Source: Myxococcota bacterium
GTDB taxonomy: Bacteria > Myxococcota > JACRCW01
NCBI GenBank assembly: GCA_040752415.1
Contig: JBFMGU010000108.1
Location: 1-34,468, forward strand
Direction of reading: 5' to 3'
DNA: 34,468 nt
In this document: piece by piece, positions 1-8,753 of the stretch
How positions within the stretch are numbered: the first letter of the stretch is position 1
How the letters are laid out: the number at the start of each line of letters is the position of its first letter
Translations under genes and position numbers: made by a program
Notes under the pieces: generated by a model
What the model was told of the DNA's origin: nothing
Seen by the model: only the letters and a program-made list of their open reading frames with translations
Database searches by the model: none

Positions 1-604
1 CGGGAGGCGCGGATTCCGCGGGCGCGGGAGGCGGGGGCGGTGCGGGTTTCCTCGTCGGGGCGGCCGGCGCGCGCGGTCCCGCCGACTCGATGCGCTGCTT
101 GAGGCCCTCATTGTAGGCCACCGCGGCCACGGTGAAGCGGTACTTCAGCCACGTGGAGAGCAACGCGCCGCTCACACCGCCAATCAGCGCAATGGGCAGG
201 CCGGGCACGGCGAGAAGCGCGCCCACGCCGGTGAACGAGAACAGGATGGCGGCCACCACCAGCGCCAGCCCCACCGCGGTGACGCCGGTGAGGATGCGCG
301 AGGCCCAGATGGCGTGCGTGGGCGGCAGCTCCTGGCCGGCGCTGGGGTCGCTCCGCAGGTAGCGCAGCATCTCGGGGTGGCTGGCGGGCCGGACCGCGTC
401 TCCCACGCTGAAGGTGGGCTCGTTGAGGCCGAAGTGTGGACCTTCCGGCTCAGTGATGGCGTAGCGCGAGAAGAGCTCTTGCCGCGCCTTCACGCTGCCG
501 TCGTGGGCAAGGTCCGCGTCGGTGGGTGGGGCGGGCATGGTGCCGCCCAACGTGGCGCACGAGCACAGCGCGCCCAGTGCCAGCACCAGCAACAGCCGCG
601 TCAT
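1..604 (-). CDS. Hypothetical lipoprotein with C-terminal transmembrane hairpin and Pro-rich tail (partial, runs off the window start)
   Basis: Not in the ORF track; translated by hand. ATG at 604 overlaps the pdp stop (ATGA). Reads MTRLLLVLALGALCSC (lipobox)...ILTGVTAVGLALVVAAILFSFTGVGALLAVPGLPIALIGGVSGALLSTWLKY...PAPPPPPAP. Open to position 1 with GC-rich third positions. Confidence 0.8.
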   Translation of the reverse strand, partial: MTRLLLVLALGALCSCATLGGTMPAPPTDADLAHDGSVKARQELFSRYAITEPEGPHFGLNEPTFSVGDAVRPASHPEMLRYLRSDPSAGQELPPTHAIWASRILTGVTAVGLALVVAAILFSFTGVGALLAVPGLPIALIGGVSGALLSTWLKYRFTVAAVAYNEGLKQRIESAGPRAPAAPTRKPAPPPPPAPAESAPP

Positions 605-1938
605 GGATGGCTGGCCCAGGCGCCGGGCGCGGCGTCACCGAGCCTCTCGGCGAGCAACGGCTGACGGACGGGCGCGACCTCCGTGATCACCAGTGCCTTG
701 CGCAGGCGCGCCAGGCAGCTCTCCAGGCCGCGGCCGTCACGGTGGTGAATCTCCACCAACGCGTCGCCCGCCTTCACGGCCTCGCCCACCTTGCGGCGCA
801 GCACCAGCCCCACCGCCGGGTCCACGTTGTCCTCCGCGCGCGCCCGTCCCGCGCCGAGGTCCATGGCCGCCAGGCCCACTGCTTCCGCGTCCATGGCGCC
901 AATGAATCCGTCCGCCCACGACGTGAGCGTGTGGCGATGCGGCGCGGTGGGTAGCAGGGAGGGGTCATCCAGCGCGCGCACGTCGCCATGTTGGGCGCGG
1001 GTGATCTGGCGGAACTTCTCCAGCGCGGCACCGTTGCTGAGCACCTGGCGCATCCTGAGCGCGCCTTCCGCGAGGTCGCGGGCCTTGCCGCCCAGCCACA
1101 GCATCTCCGCGCCCAGCGCCACGGTCAGCGCCACCACGTCGGGCGGGCCGCCGCCACGCAGCACCTCCAGGCTCTCCACCACCTCCAGCGCGTTGCCCAC
1201 GGTGTAGCCCAGCGGCTCCTCCATGTTGGTGAGGTACGCCGTCACCTTCTTGCCCAGCTGCTCGCCAATGGAGCGCATCGTGGAGGCCAGCACCAGCGCA
1301 TCCTTCCGCTCCTTCATGAACGCGCCAGAGCCGAATTTGACGTCGAGGACCAGCGCGTCGATGCCCTCCGCCATCTTCTTGCTCATGATGGAGCTGGCAA
1401 TGAGCGGGATGCAGTCCACCGTGGCGGTGACGTCGCGGAGTGCGTAGAGCTTCTTGTCGGCGGGGGCGAGCTCACGCGTCTGGCCCATGAGGCAGCAGCC
1501 CACGTCGTGCACCTGGCGCCGGTAGTGTTCCACGGTGACGTCGACCTTGAAGCCGGGGATGGATTGAAGCTTGTCCAGCGTCCCGCCGGTGTGCCCCAGC
1601 CCGCGACCACTCACCATGGGCACCGGCACGCCCCACGCCGCCACCGCGGGAGCCAGCGGCAGGCTGATCTTGTCACCCACGCCGCCAGTGGAGTGCTTGT
1701 CGACCTTGATGCCCGGCACCTCCCCCAGGTCCAGCACCACGCCGCTGCGCAACATGGCGTCGGTCCACGCGCCGAGCTCCGGGGCGGACAGGCCGTTGAA
1801 GAAGATGGCCATGGCCAGCGCGCTCATCTGCTCCGGCGCCACCTCCCCGCGCGTATAGGCGTCCATGAACCAGCGAATCTGTGCCTCGCTGAGGACACCG
1901 CCGTCACGCTTGAGCTTGATCACGTCATAGGCACGCAT
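601..1938 (-). CDS. pdp: Pyrimidine-nucleoside / thymidine phosphorylase
   Basis: MRAYDVIKLKRDG start; DKHSTGGVGDK, SGRGLGHTGGTLDKL, LAPADKKLYALRDVT and SIMSKK signatures; C-terminal LGAGR...D.AVG domain. Confidence 0.96.
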   Translation of the reverse strand: MRAYDVIKLKRDGGVLSEAQIRWFMDAYTRGEVAPEQMSALAMAIFFNGLSAPELGAWTDAMLRSGVVLDLGEVPGIKVDKHSTGGVGDKISLPLAPAVAAWGVPVPMVSGRGLGHTGGTLDKLQSIPGFKVDVTVEHYRRQVHDVGCCLMGQTRELAPADKKLYALRDVTATVDCIPLIASSIMSKKMAEGIDALVLDVKFGSGAFMKERKDALVLASTMRSIGEQLGKKVTAYLTNMEEPLGYTVGNALEVVESLEVLRGGGPPDVVALTVALGAEMLWLGGKARDLAEGALRMRQVLSNGAALEKFRQITRAQHGDVRALDDPSLLPTAPHRHTLTSWADGFIGAMDAEAVGLAAMDLGAGRARAEDNVDPAVGLVLRRKVGEAVKAGDALVEIHHRDGRGLESCLARLRKALVITEVAPVRQPLLAERLGDAAPGAWASHP

Positions 1939-1941
1939 GTC

Positions 1942-2394
1942 TCATCCACCCGCGGCGTCCGCGGCGTCCGTTTGCGCAGCGTCCCGCGCCGCGCCGTCCG
2001 TGGTGCTCCCGTCCTGCACCGCTGCGTCGCCCGCGCGTGCGTCCGTCGTCGCTGCGTCGGAGATGGCGGCGTCCGTCACCCCGGCGTCATGCCCTGCGTC
2101 CGGCACCGCGGCGTCGACGCGGACCGCGGCGTCGGGACGGGGCGCGGCGTCGGGACGGGGAGCGGCGTCAGGACGGGGCGCGGCGTCGGGCGGGGGCGCG
2201 GCGTCGGGGACAAAGGCGTCCGGGGTGTCCGCGCACACGTAGCGGATGCAGCGCAGCGGGGAGCCACACTGCTCATCCCGGCTGCAGGCTTCCCCCGCGC
2301 CGCGCACGCCCGCGTCCAGGAAGCGGTTTCCCGACGAGGACGGCGGACATCCGCTGGCCAGCAGCACCACGGTGAGCAGCATCAGGCGTTGCAT
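1942..2394 (-). CDS. Small lipoprotein with a 4-Cys module and DAA/PDAAPR low-complexity tail
   Basis: Signal and lipobox LLASGC; GEACSRDEQCGSPLRCIRYVC; repeated PDAAP; stop lies 3 bp before the pdp start. Confidence 0.8.
   Translation of the reverse strand: MQRLMLLTVVLLASGCPPSSSGNRFLDAGVRGAGEACSRDEQCGSPLRCIRYVCADTPDAFVPDAAPPPDAAPRPDAAPRPDAAPRPDAAVRVDAAVPDAGHDAGVTDAAISDAATTDARAGDAAVQDGSTTDGAARDAAQTDAADAAGG
2107..2208. repeat. 18-bp in-frame tandem repeat (~5.5 copies) encoding PDAAPR-like units
   Basis: (c/a)gcggcgtc recurs at 2107, 2125, 2143, 2161, 2179 and 2197 (period 18). Confidence 0.9.
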
Positions 2395-2437
2395 GGGTCA
2401 GGCTCTTAGCACGAGGGGGCCGGGGGCAGCGTTGCCT

Positions 2438-3106
2438 TCAGGAACCCGCACCACGCCGCAGCGCGGCAATGGCCGCAGCGTAGTCCTTCTCCCGGAACAC
2501 GGCGTTGCCTGCCACCAGCACGCCCGCGCCGAGGCGAACCACCTCCGCGGCGGTGACGGGGTTGATGCCGCCGTCCACCTGCACCACGGCGTCACCTCGG
2601 CCCGCGTCATCCAGCAGCTTGCGCACGCGCGCCACCTTGGGGGCCACCTCCGCCATGTACTTCTGGCCGCCAAAGCCGGGGTTCACCGTCATGACCAGCA
2701 CCAGGTCACACAGGTGCGCCACGTAGCGCAGCGTGTCCTCGGAAGTGGACGGGTTCAGCGCCACGCCCGCCTTCTTCCCCAGGTCCTTGATCTGCTGGAG
2801 GTTGCGCGCCAGGTGCGGACACGCCTCGACGTGGACCGTGATGCCGTCCGCACCCGCCGCGGCGAACTCCGGCACGTACTTCTCCGGCTCCACGATCATG
2901 AGGTGTGCGTCGAGGAACTTGCGCGTGTGCGGGCGGATGGCGGCCACCACCACGGGACCGATGGTCAGGTTGGGCACGAAGCGCCCGTCCATGACGTCGA
3001 GGTGGATCCAATCCGCGCCGGCCGCGTCCACGGCGCGCACTTCCTCACCCAGGCGGGAGAAGTCCGCTGAGAGGATGGACGGTGCAATGAGGACCACGTG
3101 CGTCAA
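2438..3106 (-). CDS. rpe: Ribulose-phosphate 3-epimerase
   Basis: IAPSILSADF, IHLDVMDGRFVPN, DAHLMI, MTVNPGFGGQ and VDGGI motifs. Start is probably TTG 3106 (TTGA overlap with the upstream stop) or GTG 3097, not 3187. Confidence 0.96.
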   Translation of the reverse strand: MTHVVLIAPSILSADFSRLGEEVRAVDAAGADWIHLDVMDGRFVPNLTIGPVVVAAIRPHTRKFLDAHLMIVEPEKYVPEFAAAGADGITVHVEACPHLARNLQQIKDLGKKAGVALNPSTSEDTLRYVAHLCDLVLVMTVNPGFGGQKYMAEVAPKVARVRKLLDDAGRGDAVVQVDGGINPVTAAEVVRLGAGVLVAGNAVFREKDYAAAIAALRRGAGS

Positions 3107-6100
3107 CCCGGGATGATGTCGCAGGCGCAGGTGCTCTGGTTGCAGAACGTGCCGCCCGAGCAGATGCCGCCGCAGTCCGGCTTGCACGCGCAGCTGCAGG
3201 TGTCCGCGTCCGGCGTGTACTGGTCACCGCAGCTCAGCGCCGTCACGTCGCACACACAGTCACAGGCCGTGGCGTCAAAGACATACCCGTTTCCGCAGGT
3301 GGCCGTCGCCATGCACTCGCACGCGCAGCTCGTCGCATCGCACTGCTCAAAGCCGGTGCAGGAGCCGCCGCAGTCCGCGGTGCACGTGAAGTCGCAGGTC
3401 TGCCGGTCGCAGCGGTAGCCGGGGCCCGGGCTGGCCGTGTTGCAGTCCTCCGGGCAGCTCCACTGGCACGTCGTGGGATCGCACACGTAGCGGTCGGAGT
3501 TCACCGTGGGACGGTCCGCGGGGTCGCAGCCGCCGCACTCGTACTGGCAGGTGGTGGTGTTGCAGGTGAAGCCCTCACCCGGCGGCGGGCCACCGCAGTC
3601 CTGCGGGCAGGTGAACTGGCAGGTCTGCGTGTTGCAGGTCAGGCGCGGGCTGGGCGGAGAGCCGCCGCAGTCGGCGGGGCAGGTGCACGCGCACACGTTG
3701 ACGTTGGTGTCGCAGACCTGCGGCGCGGGGCAGCCGTTCTGCAGGCCGCAGCTGGCCGGGCACTCACACTGGTTCGTCGTCGGGTTGCACACCAGCGGGG
3801 CTTCGCACTGACCGCCGCAGGGTGGGGGCTCGCCGTTGGGATCGTCGGTCTTGTCGATCCAGTAGCGGTAGCTCACCGCGATGCGCTGGCCGATGAGCGC
3901 CTGCTCGTTCGACGGACGACACGTGCCGTAGAACGTGATCTGGCCGGTGGCGCCGTCGTAGTCGAAGCCGTTGATGCGGCTGCGCGGGATGTTGTCCCAG
4001 TCACAGCCGGTGTTGGGCTGGCCCTCCACGGCGACCTTGATGGACGCGCTGATGGGCGCCTTGGTGAGACGGTAGGGGCTGGCGTTGCCGATCACCGCGC
4101 TCATGAAGGCCTGCACGCTGGGGGCGATGCTGTCGGTCTGCTGGATGCTGCCCACGACGCCACCCAGGGCGTTCACGGTGTTGTGGTACGTGGCGAGCAG
4201 CGGGCTGTCCGCGGTGCTGCCTTCCTCACCGCTGCACGCGTAGCCCAGCGGGCAGAGGATGCCGCCGAGGAGGATGGCGGGCTCATCCTGGCGCGCCAGG
4301 TCGTAGGTGGCGGTGTTGGGTGTGCCGGCGAGCGCAATCCCGTTGTTGGGGCCGCCGCGCATGAAGCGCAGGATGGTGCCGTCATTGCCCTCCGTCCAAT
4401 TGCGCAGGATGCGCGCGTTGTTGTTGGACTGCTCGCCCGCGTCGGAGACGACGAGCACGGCGAGGCGCGCGTCGGCGCGCAGCTTCCAGGCGTCCTCCGG
4501 TGCGCCCGCCGCGGTGGCCGGCAGCAGTCGGTGCGCGGTGTCCGCGTTGCCCTGCAGGACAAAGCGCAGCGGCTCGAAGCTGGCCTCGATACCCCAGCCG
4601 GCGATGCCGGGGTTCATGATGTAGTTGCGCACGACGTTGGACGCGCCGTTGAAGTCCAACCCGCCCGCGCCCGGCTTGACGAAGGGCCAGTGGTGCCGCG
4701 CGGCGTTGGCGCTGTCGACGTTGGGCGGCGCGGGGGCATTGGCCGGGTCACCGTAGGTGAGCGCCACGGGCTGCTGGTTGGAGTCGTGCGGAGAGTCGGT
4801 GTCCGTGGTGATGCGGCCCACGCGCCAGTCCAGCAGCGCGTTCTGCAGCTGGTTGAGCATGGCGTCGGCGGCAATGGTGAGCGCCTGCTGGTCGTCACCC
4901 ATGGAGCCGGAGTTGTCGATGACGAAGAGGATGTCCGCCTTGGGGTAGGCCTGCGTCTCGAACACCTCGCACTGCACGCCGGTGTCGTCGCCCACCTGGG
5001 CCAGCGCGCTGCCGTTGCCCACGTCATCCAGGCGGTAGCCGTAGCCGGCGTTGACGTCGTTGTAGATGCTGAGCGGCATGATGGCGCCCAGGATCACCGC
5101 GCGGCTGTCGCTGCGACGCACGAACTCCATGCGCAGCTTGAACGGCCCGGTGACGCCCATGGCGCCGGTGAGCGGGGCCGCGGCGCCGCTGAGCAGACGC
5201 GGGATCATGGTGTTCACCGCGTCGTAGGCGTCGCCGGCGTACTGCAGGTCATAGGAGCCCAGCACGGCGGGGAAGCCGTCCCAGGTGCAGTCCGCCGGCG
5301 GGTTGGCGCAGGGCAGGGCCTGGGTGATGGGGTTCTGGACGCCGCTGCCCACGCCGTTGAGGTCCTGCTGCGCGTGCACGGCGATGGCGTTGGCGTTGAG
5401 CTCGTCGGCCTCGGGCGCGCGCCAGAAGGCAAACAGCACCACGGGCGCGCTGGCGGTGGTGTCGACGACGACCTCACCGACCTTGTTGCCCAGGCGGATG
5501 ATGTCCGTGCGCTGGCCGAAGGAGCTGAGCGTGGCGAGCTGGATGTCCGCCTCCGGCTCCGTGTTGTGGAAGACGATGGGGGTGAGCGCGGCCAGGGTGC
5601 ACACCTCACCAATCACGCCGCCGGCGTCGTTGACGTTGGGGTTGAGCTCACCGGGCTCCAGGCGGCCGTTCTGGTTGGCGTCCTCCGCGCCGTCGGGCAC
5701 GCCGTCACCGTCGCTGTCCTCGGAGAGCGGGTTGGTGATGGTGGCGGGCTGGGCGGCGGCCAGGTAGCCGGGGCACAGGGCGGGCTCCAGGTTGGTGGTC
5801 TTCCCCAGCTCCACGCCGTCGGTGATGCCGTCGGTGTCGCTGTCGTCGTTGAGCGGGTCGGTCTCACCGCTGTCCACCGCGCCGTTCTTGTTGGCGTCCT
5901 CCTCGCCGTCGCCCACGCCGTCGCAGTCGGTGTCCTTGCTGAGCGGGTGGGTCTCCCCCACGTTGACGCGCCCGTCGTGGTTCTTGTCCTCGGTGCCATC
6001 CAGGATGCCGTCGTCGTCGCTGTCGGTGTCGGTGGGGCTGGTGCCCAGGAGCGCCTCGGCGGAGTCGGGCAGGCCGTCCCCGTCGCCGTCGGTGTCGGGG

Positions 6101-7509
6101 ATGAGCGGGTTGGTCTCCCCCACGTCGACCACGTGGTTGTCATTGATGTCCTCCGCGCCGTCCAGCAGGCCGTCCCCATCGGTGTCGGGGTTCAGCGGGT
6201 CGGTCTCGCTGTCCACCCGCGCGCCGTCGCCGTTGACGTCCTCGATGCCGTCGTTGATGCCGTCCGCGTCGGTGTCGGCGGAGCGCGCGTTGGTGGTGGT
6301 GTTGGGATCCACGTCGGCGGTGAAGCTGGTGCAGTTGGTGGGGTCGGGGTTCGTGGTGACGCCGCGCTCCAGGCCGTCGCGCAGGATGTCGCCGTCGCTG
6401 TCGGCGGCCAGCGGGCTGGTCTCGTCGGCACCCAGCTGTCCGTCGTGGTTGGCGTCCTCCTCGCCGTCGCGCAGGCCGTCGCAGTCGCTGTCGGTGCGGC
6501 GCGGGTGCGTCTCATTGGCTTCCACCAGGCCGTTGCTGTTGCGGTCCTCCTCACCGTCCTCCAGCCCGTCGTCATCCATGTCCGCGTCGTTGATGTCGTA
6601 GCCCAGCAGGGTCTCGCGCGCGTCGGGGATGCCGTCCTGGTCGGTGTCGGTGTCCGCCTGCAGCGGGTCGGTCTCGCCGGTGTCCACCACGTGGTTCCAG
6701 TTGAGGTCCTCGTCGCCGTCATGGAGGCCGTCCCCGTCGGTGTCGGCGAGGCGCGGGTCGGTCTCGGTGGGCTGGCGCGTGCCGTCGCGGTTCACGTCCT
6801 CGACGCCGTCGGGGATGTCGTCGGCGTCGCTGTCGCGCAGGCTGGCGCTGGTCTCCCCGGCGTCCACCACGCCGTTGCCGTTCACGTCCTCCAGCCCGTC
6901 ATACAGGCCGTCGCCGTCGCTGTCGCGGTTGTTGGGATCCGTCTCGCCGTCATCCAGGCGGCCGTTGCCGTTGAGGTCCTCCCGGCCGTCGGGGACACCG
7001 TCGGCCTCGCTGTCGGCCTCGGTGGGAATGGTGCGCGTGGCGGGGTCCGCGTCGCCGGTGAAGGGGCCGCACGCCTGCGCGTCGCCGGAGACGATGCTGG
7101 TGGAGCCCACCTCCACGCCGTCGAGCACGCCGTCACCGTCGGTGTCCGGGTTGGCGGGATCCGTGCGGTTGCCGCCCGCGTAGGTGCGTCCGTACTCCTG
7201 CTCGTCGGTGAGGCCGTCGCAGTCGCTGTCCTTGTTGGCGTTGTCCAGGTCGTTGGGGTCGGGGTCGCGGATGATGAGGCCGGAGGATGCGCCGCCGCTG
7301 CTGGAGCTGCTGGTGGTGCCGCCGCTGCTCTGGCTGGTGCTGCTCCCGCCCGTGCTCCCGGTGGAGGAGCCCGACGAGCTGCTGCCCGGATCGCCCGAGC
7401 TGCTGGAGGTGGTTTCACCGCCCGAGGTGCCGGCGGTGGTACAGGCCATGGCGACGCCCAGGACGAGAACGGCGAACGCCGGGACTGCGCGAGAGGTGCG
7501 GCGGGACAT
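3103..7509 (-). CDS. cglD: CglD-like gliding-motility lipoprotein: TSP3-like Ca-binding repeats, VWA domain, Cys-rich EGF-like tail
   Basis: Lipobox VAMAC; Ser/Gly linker; many DxDxDG..D..ED.N.NG..D.GETDP repeats; MIDAS DILFVIDNSGSMGDDQ; C-terminal CxCPxDCGG repeats. Architecture matches myxobacterial CglD as I know it; orthology not verified. Confidence 0.78.
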   Translation of the reverse strand: MSRRTSRAVPAFAVLVLGVAMACTTAGTSGGETTSSSSGDPGSSSSGSSTGSTGGSSTSQSSGGTTSSSSSGGASSGLIIRDPDPNDLDNANKDSDCDGLTDEQEYGRTYAGGNRTDPANPDTDGDGVLDGVEVGSTSIVSGDAQACGPFTGDADPATRTIPTEADSEADGVPDGREDLNGNGRLDDGETDPNNRDSDGDGLYDGLEDVNGNGVVDAGETSASLRDSDADDIPDGVEDVNRDGTRQPTETDPRLADTDGDGLHDGDEDLNWNHVVDTGETDPLQADTDTDQDGIPDARETLLGYDINDADMDDDGLEDGEEDRNSNGLVEANETHPRRTDSDCDGLRDGEEDANHDGQLGADETSPLAADSDGDILRDGLERGVTTNPDPTNCTSFTADVDPNTTTNARSADTDADGINDGIEDVNGDGARVDSETDPLNPDTDGDGLLDGAEDINDNHVVDVGETNPLIPDTDGDGDGLPDSAEALLGTSPTDTDSDDDGILDGTEDKNHDGRVNVGETHPLSKDTDCDGVGDGEEDANKNGAVDSGETDPLNDDSDTDGITDGVELGKTTNLEPALCPGYLAAAQPATITNPLSEDSDGDGVPDGAEDANQNGRLEPGELNPNVNDAGGVIGEVCTLAALTPIVFHNTEPEADIQLATLSSFGQRTDIIRLGNKVGEVVVDTTASAPVVLFAFWRAPEADELNANAIAVHAQQDLNGVGSGVQNPITQALPCANPPADCTWDGFPAVLGSYDLQYAGDAYDAVNTMIPRLLSGAAAPLTGAMGVTGPFKLRMEFVRRSDSRAVILGAIMPLSIYNDVNAGYGYRLDDVGNGSALAQVGDDTGVQCEVFETQAYPKADILFVIDNSGSMGDDQQALTIAADAMLNQLQNALLDWRVGRITTDTDSPHDSNQQPVALTYGDPANAPAPPNVDSANAARHHWPFVKPGAGGLDFNGASNVVRNYIMNPGIAGWGIEASFEPLRFVLQGNADTAHRLLPATAAGAPEDAWKLRADARLAVLVVSDAGEQSNNNARILRNWTEGNDGTILRFMRGGPNNGIALAGTPNTATYDLARQDEPAILLGGILCPLGYACSGEEGSTADSPLLATYHNTVNALGGVVGSIQQTDSIAPSVQAFMSAVIGNASPYRLTKAPISASIKVAVEGQPNTGCDWDNIPRSRINGFDYDGATGQITFYGTCRPSNEQALIGQRIAVSYRYWIDKTDDPNGEPPPCGGQCEAPLVCNPTTNQCECPASCGLQNGCPAPQVCDTNVNVCACTCPADCGGSPPSPRLTCNTQTCQFTCPQDCGGPPPGEGFTCNTTTCQYECGGCDPADRPTVNSDRYVCDPTTCQWSCPEDCNTASPGPGYRCDRQTCDFTCTADCGGSCTGFEQCDATSCACECMATATCGNGYVFDATACDCVCDVTALSCGDQYTPDADTCSCACKPDCGGICSGGTFCNQSTCACDIIPG

Positions 7510-7633
7510 ATTGGCTCCACGAACCTGGCAAGGCAGATTGCGCCGGGAACGTTACCCCAGCCCCGCCGCGGTTGGCTTGTGGCGCGTGGGGAGGGGCGAG
7601 GGTGATATCCGACGGATGGCGGAGGGTGGTCAG

Positions 7634-8701
7634 GTGACGGACGCGGAGGAAGAGCAGGGCGCGGTGGCCCACGGGCCGGCGCATCTCCACCCGCGCGCGG
7701 TGGCCATGACCCTGACGGTGGATCCCCACCTGGGCGGGGCGCGGGCGGACCAGTTCCTGAGCCACAAGATCAAGCGCCTCAGTCGCACGCGCGCGGCGGC
7801 CATCATCGACCACGGCGACCTGCAGCGCACCGACGGGGTGAAGCTCCGCCCGGCCAGCCGCGTGGTGGCGCTGGAGACGCTGACGTTGTGGCGCGTCCCA
7901 CCCGACGAGGCGCCCGCCGACGTGAACATCCCGGTGCTGCACCAGGACGAGCAGCTGGTGGTGTTCAACAAGCCGCCCAACATCGCCGTGCATCCCTCCG
8001 CCCGGTACTACGCGGGCACGCTGACCCAGATCCTGCGCCACACCGGCTTCCCCAAGAGCGCGGAAGCGGATGCCGTCCGTGTGCCACGCCCGGCGCACCG
8101 CCTGGACCGGGAGACCAGCGGGGTGCTGGTGTGCTGTCGCACGGAGAGCAGTGAGCGGACGTGGAAGAAGCGCTTCCTGCGCGGGCGCGTGGAGAAGACG
8201 TACCTGGCGCTCTGCGAGGGAGAACCCGCATGGGAGCGCGCGGTGCTGGATGCGCCGTTGGGGGTGCTGCCGAACCTGCCGGTGCGCATCAAGATGGGGC
8301 CGCGTCCCGACGGGCTGCCGGCGCGCACCGACGTGGAAGTGCTGTGGCGCGGCGCGGGACGGAGCCTGCTGTGCTGCCGGCCCAGGACGGGAAGGACGCA
8401 CCAGATCCGCGCGCACCTGTGCGCCGCGGGGCTGCCGATTGTGGGCGACAAGCTGTACGGCCCCCAGGGCGTGGAATGGTTCGCGCGCTACGCCGACGAG
8501 GGGCTCAGCGACGAGCTGGCCGCGCAGCTGGCCCACGAGCGCCAGGCGCTGCACGCGGCGGTCCTGCAGGCCGAGGACGTGGCATTCCTGGCTCCCTGGC
8601 CCGGGGACCTGCGCGCGCTGTGCCCCGACGCGGCACCGGCTGCCGACGCGGCGCTGGAGTCCGCCAGAGTTTCCTTGGGCATTGGTCCCGGCGTGCGCTA
8701 G
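7634..8701 (+). CDS. RluA-family pseudouridine synthase (RluC/RluD-like, S4 domain)
   Basis: RADQFL S4-like start; NKPPNIAVHP, catalytic HRLDRETSG, TGRTHQIRAH, PIVGDKLYG, QALHA. GTG 7634 follows GGAGGG; ATG 7616 is an alternative. Confidence 0.93.
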   Translation: MTDAEEEQGAVAHGPAHLHPRAVAMTLTVDPHLGGARADQFLSHKIKRLSRTRAAAIIDHGDLQRTDGVKLRPASRVVALETLTLWRVPPDEAPADVNIPVLHQDEQLVVFNKPPNIAVHPSARYYAGTLTQILRHTGFPKSAEADAVRVPRPAHRLDRETSGVLVCCRTESSERTWKKRFLRGRVEKTYLALCEGEPAWERAVLDAPLGVLPNLPVRIKMGPRPDGLPARTDVEVLWRGAGRSLLCCRPRTGRTHQIRAHLCAAGLPIVGDKLYGPQGVEWFARYADEGLSDELAAQLAHERQALHAAVLQAEDVAFLAPWPGDLRALCPDAAPAADAALESARVSLGIGPGVR

Positions 8702-8753
8702 CTTTGCGCGAATATGGCGGGCGCCCTCGTGTGCGCGCCGGGAGTTCATCCAG

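Noticed and set aside
5600..7260. Repetitive DNA resembling a non-coding array
   Set aside because: Fully explained by coding DxDxDG repeats of the CglD-like gene.
7526..7541. sigma54-like TGGCAAGGCAGATTGC upstream of the RluA gene
   Set aside because: GG-to-GC spacing is 11 rather than 10, and there is no paired motif nearby.
4183..7605. 1140-aa plus-strand ORF and similar long ORFs (988-2409, 7415-10633, 12112-14547, 14444-16840, 23267-25117, 30060-32285)
   Set aside because: Antisense or off-frame shadows of real genes in high-GC DNA; no recognisable motifs.
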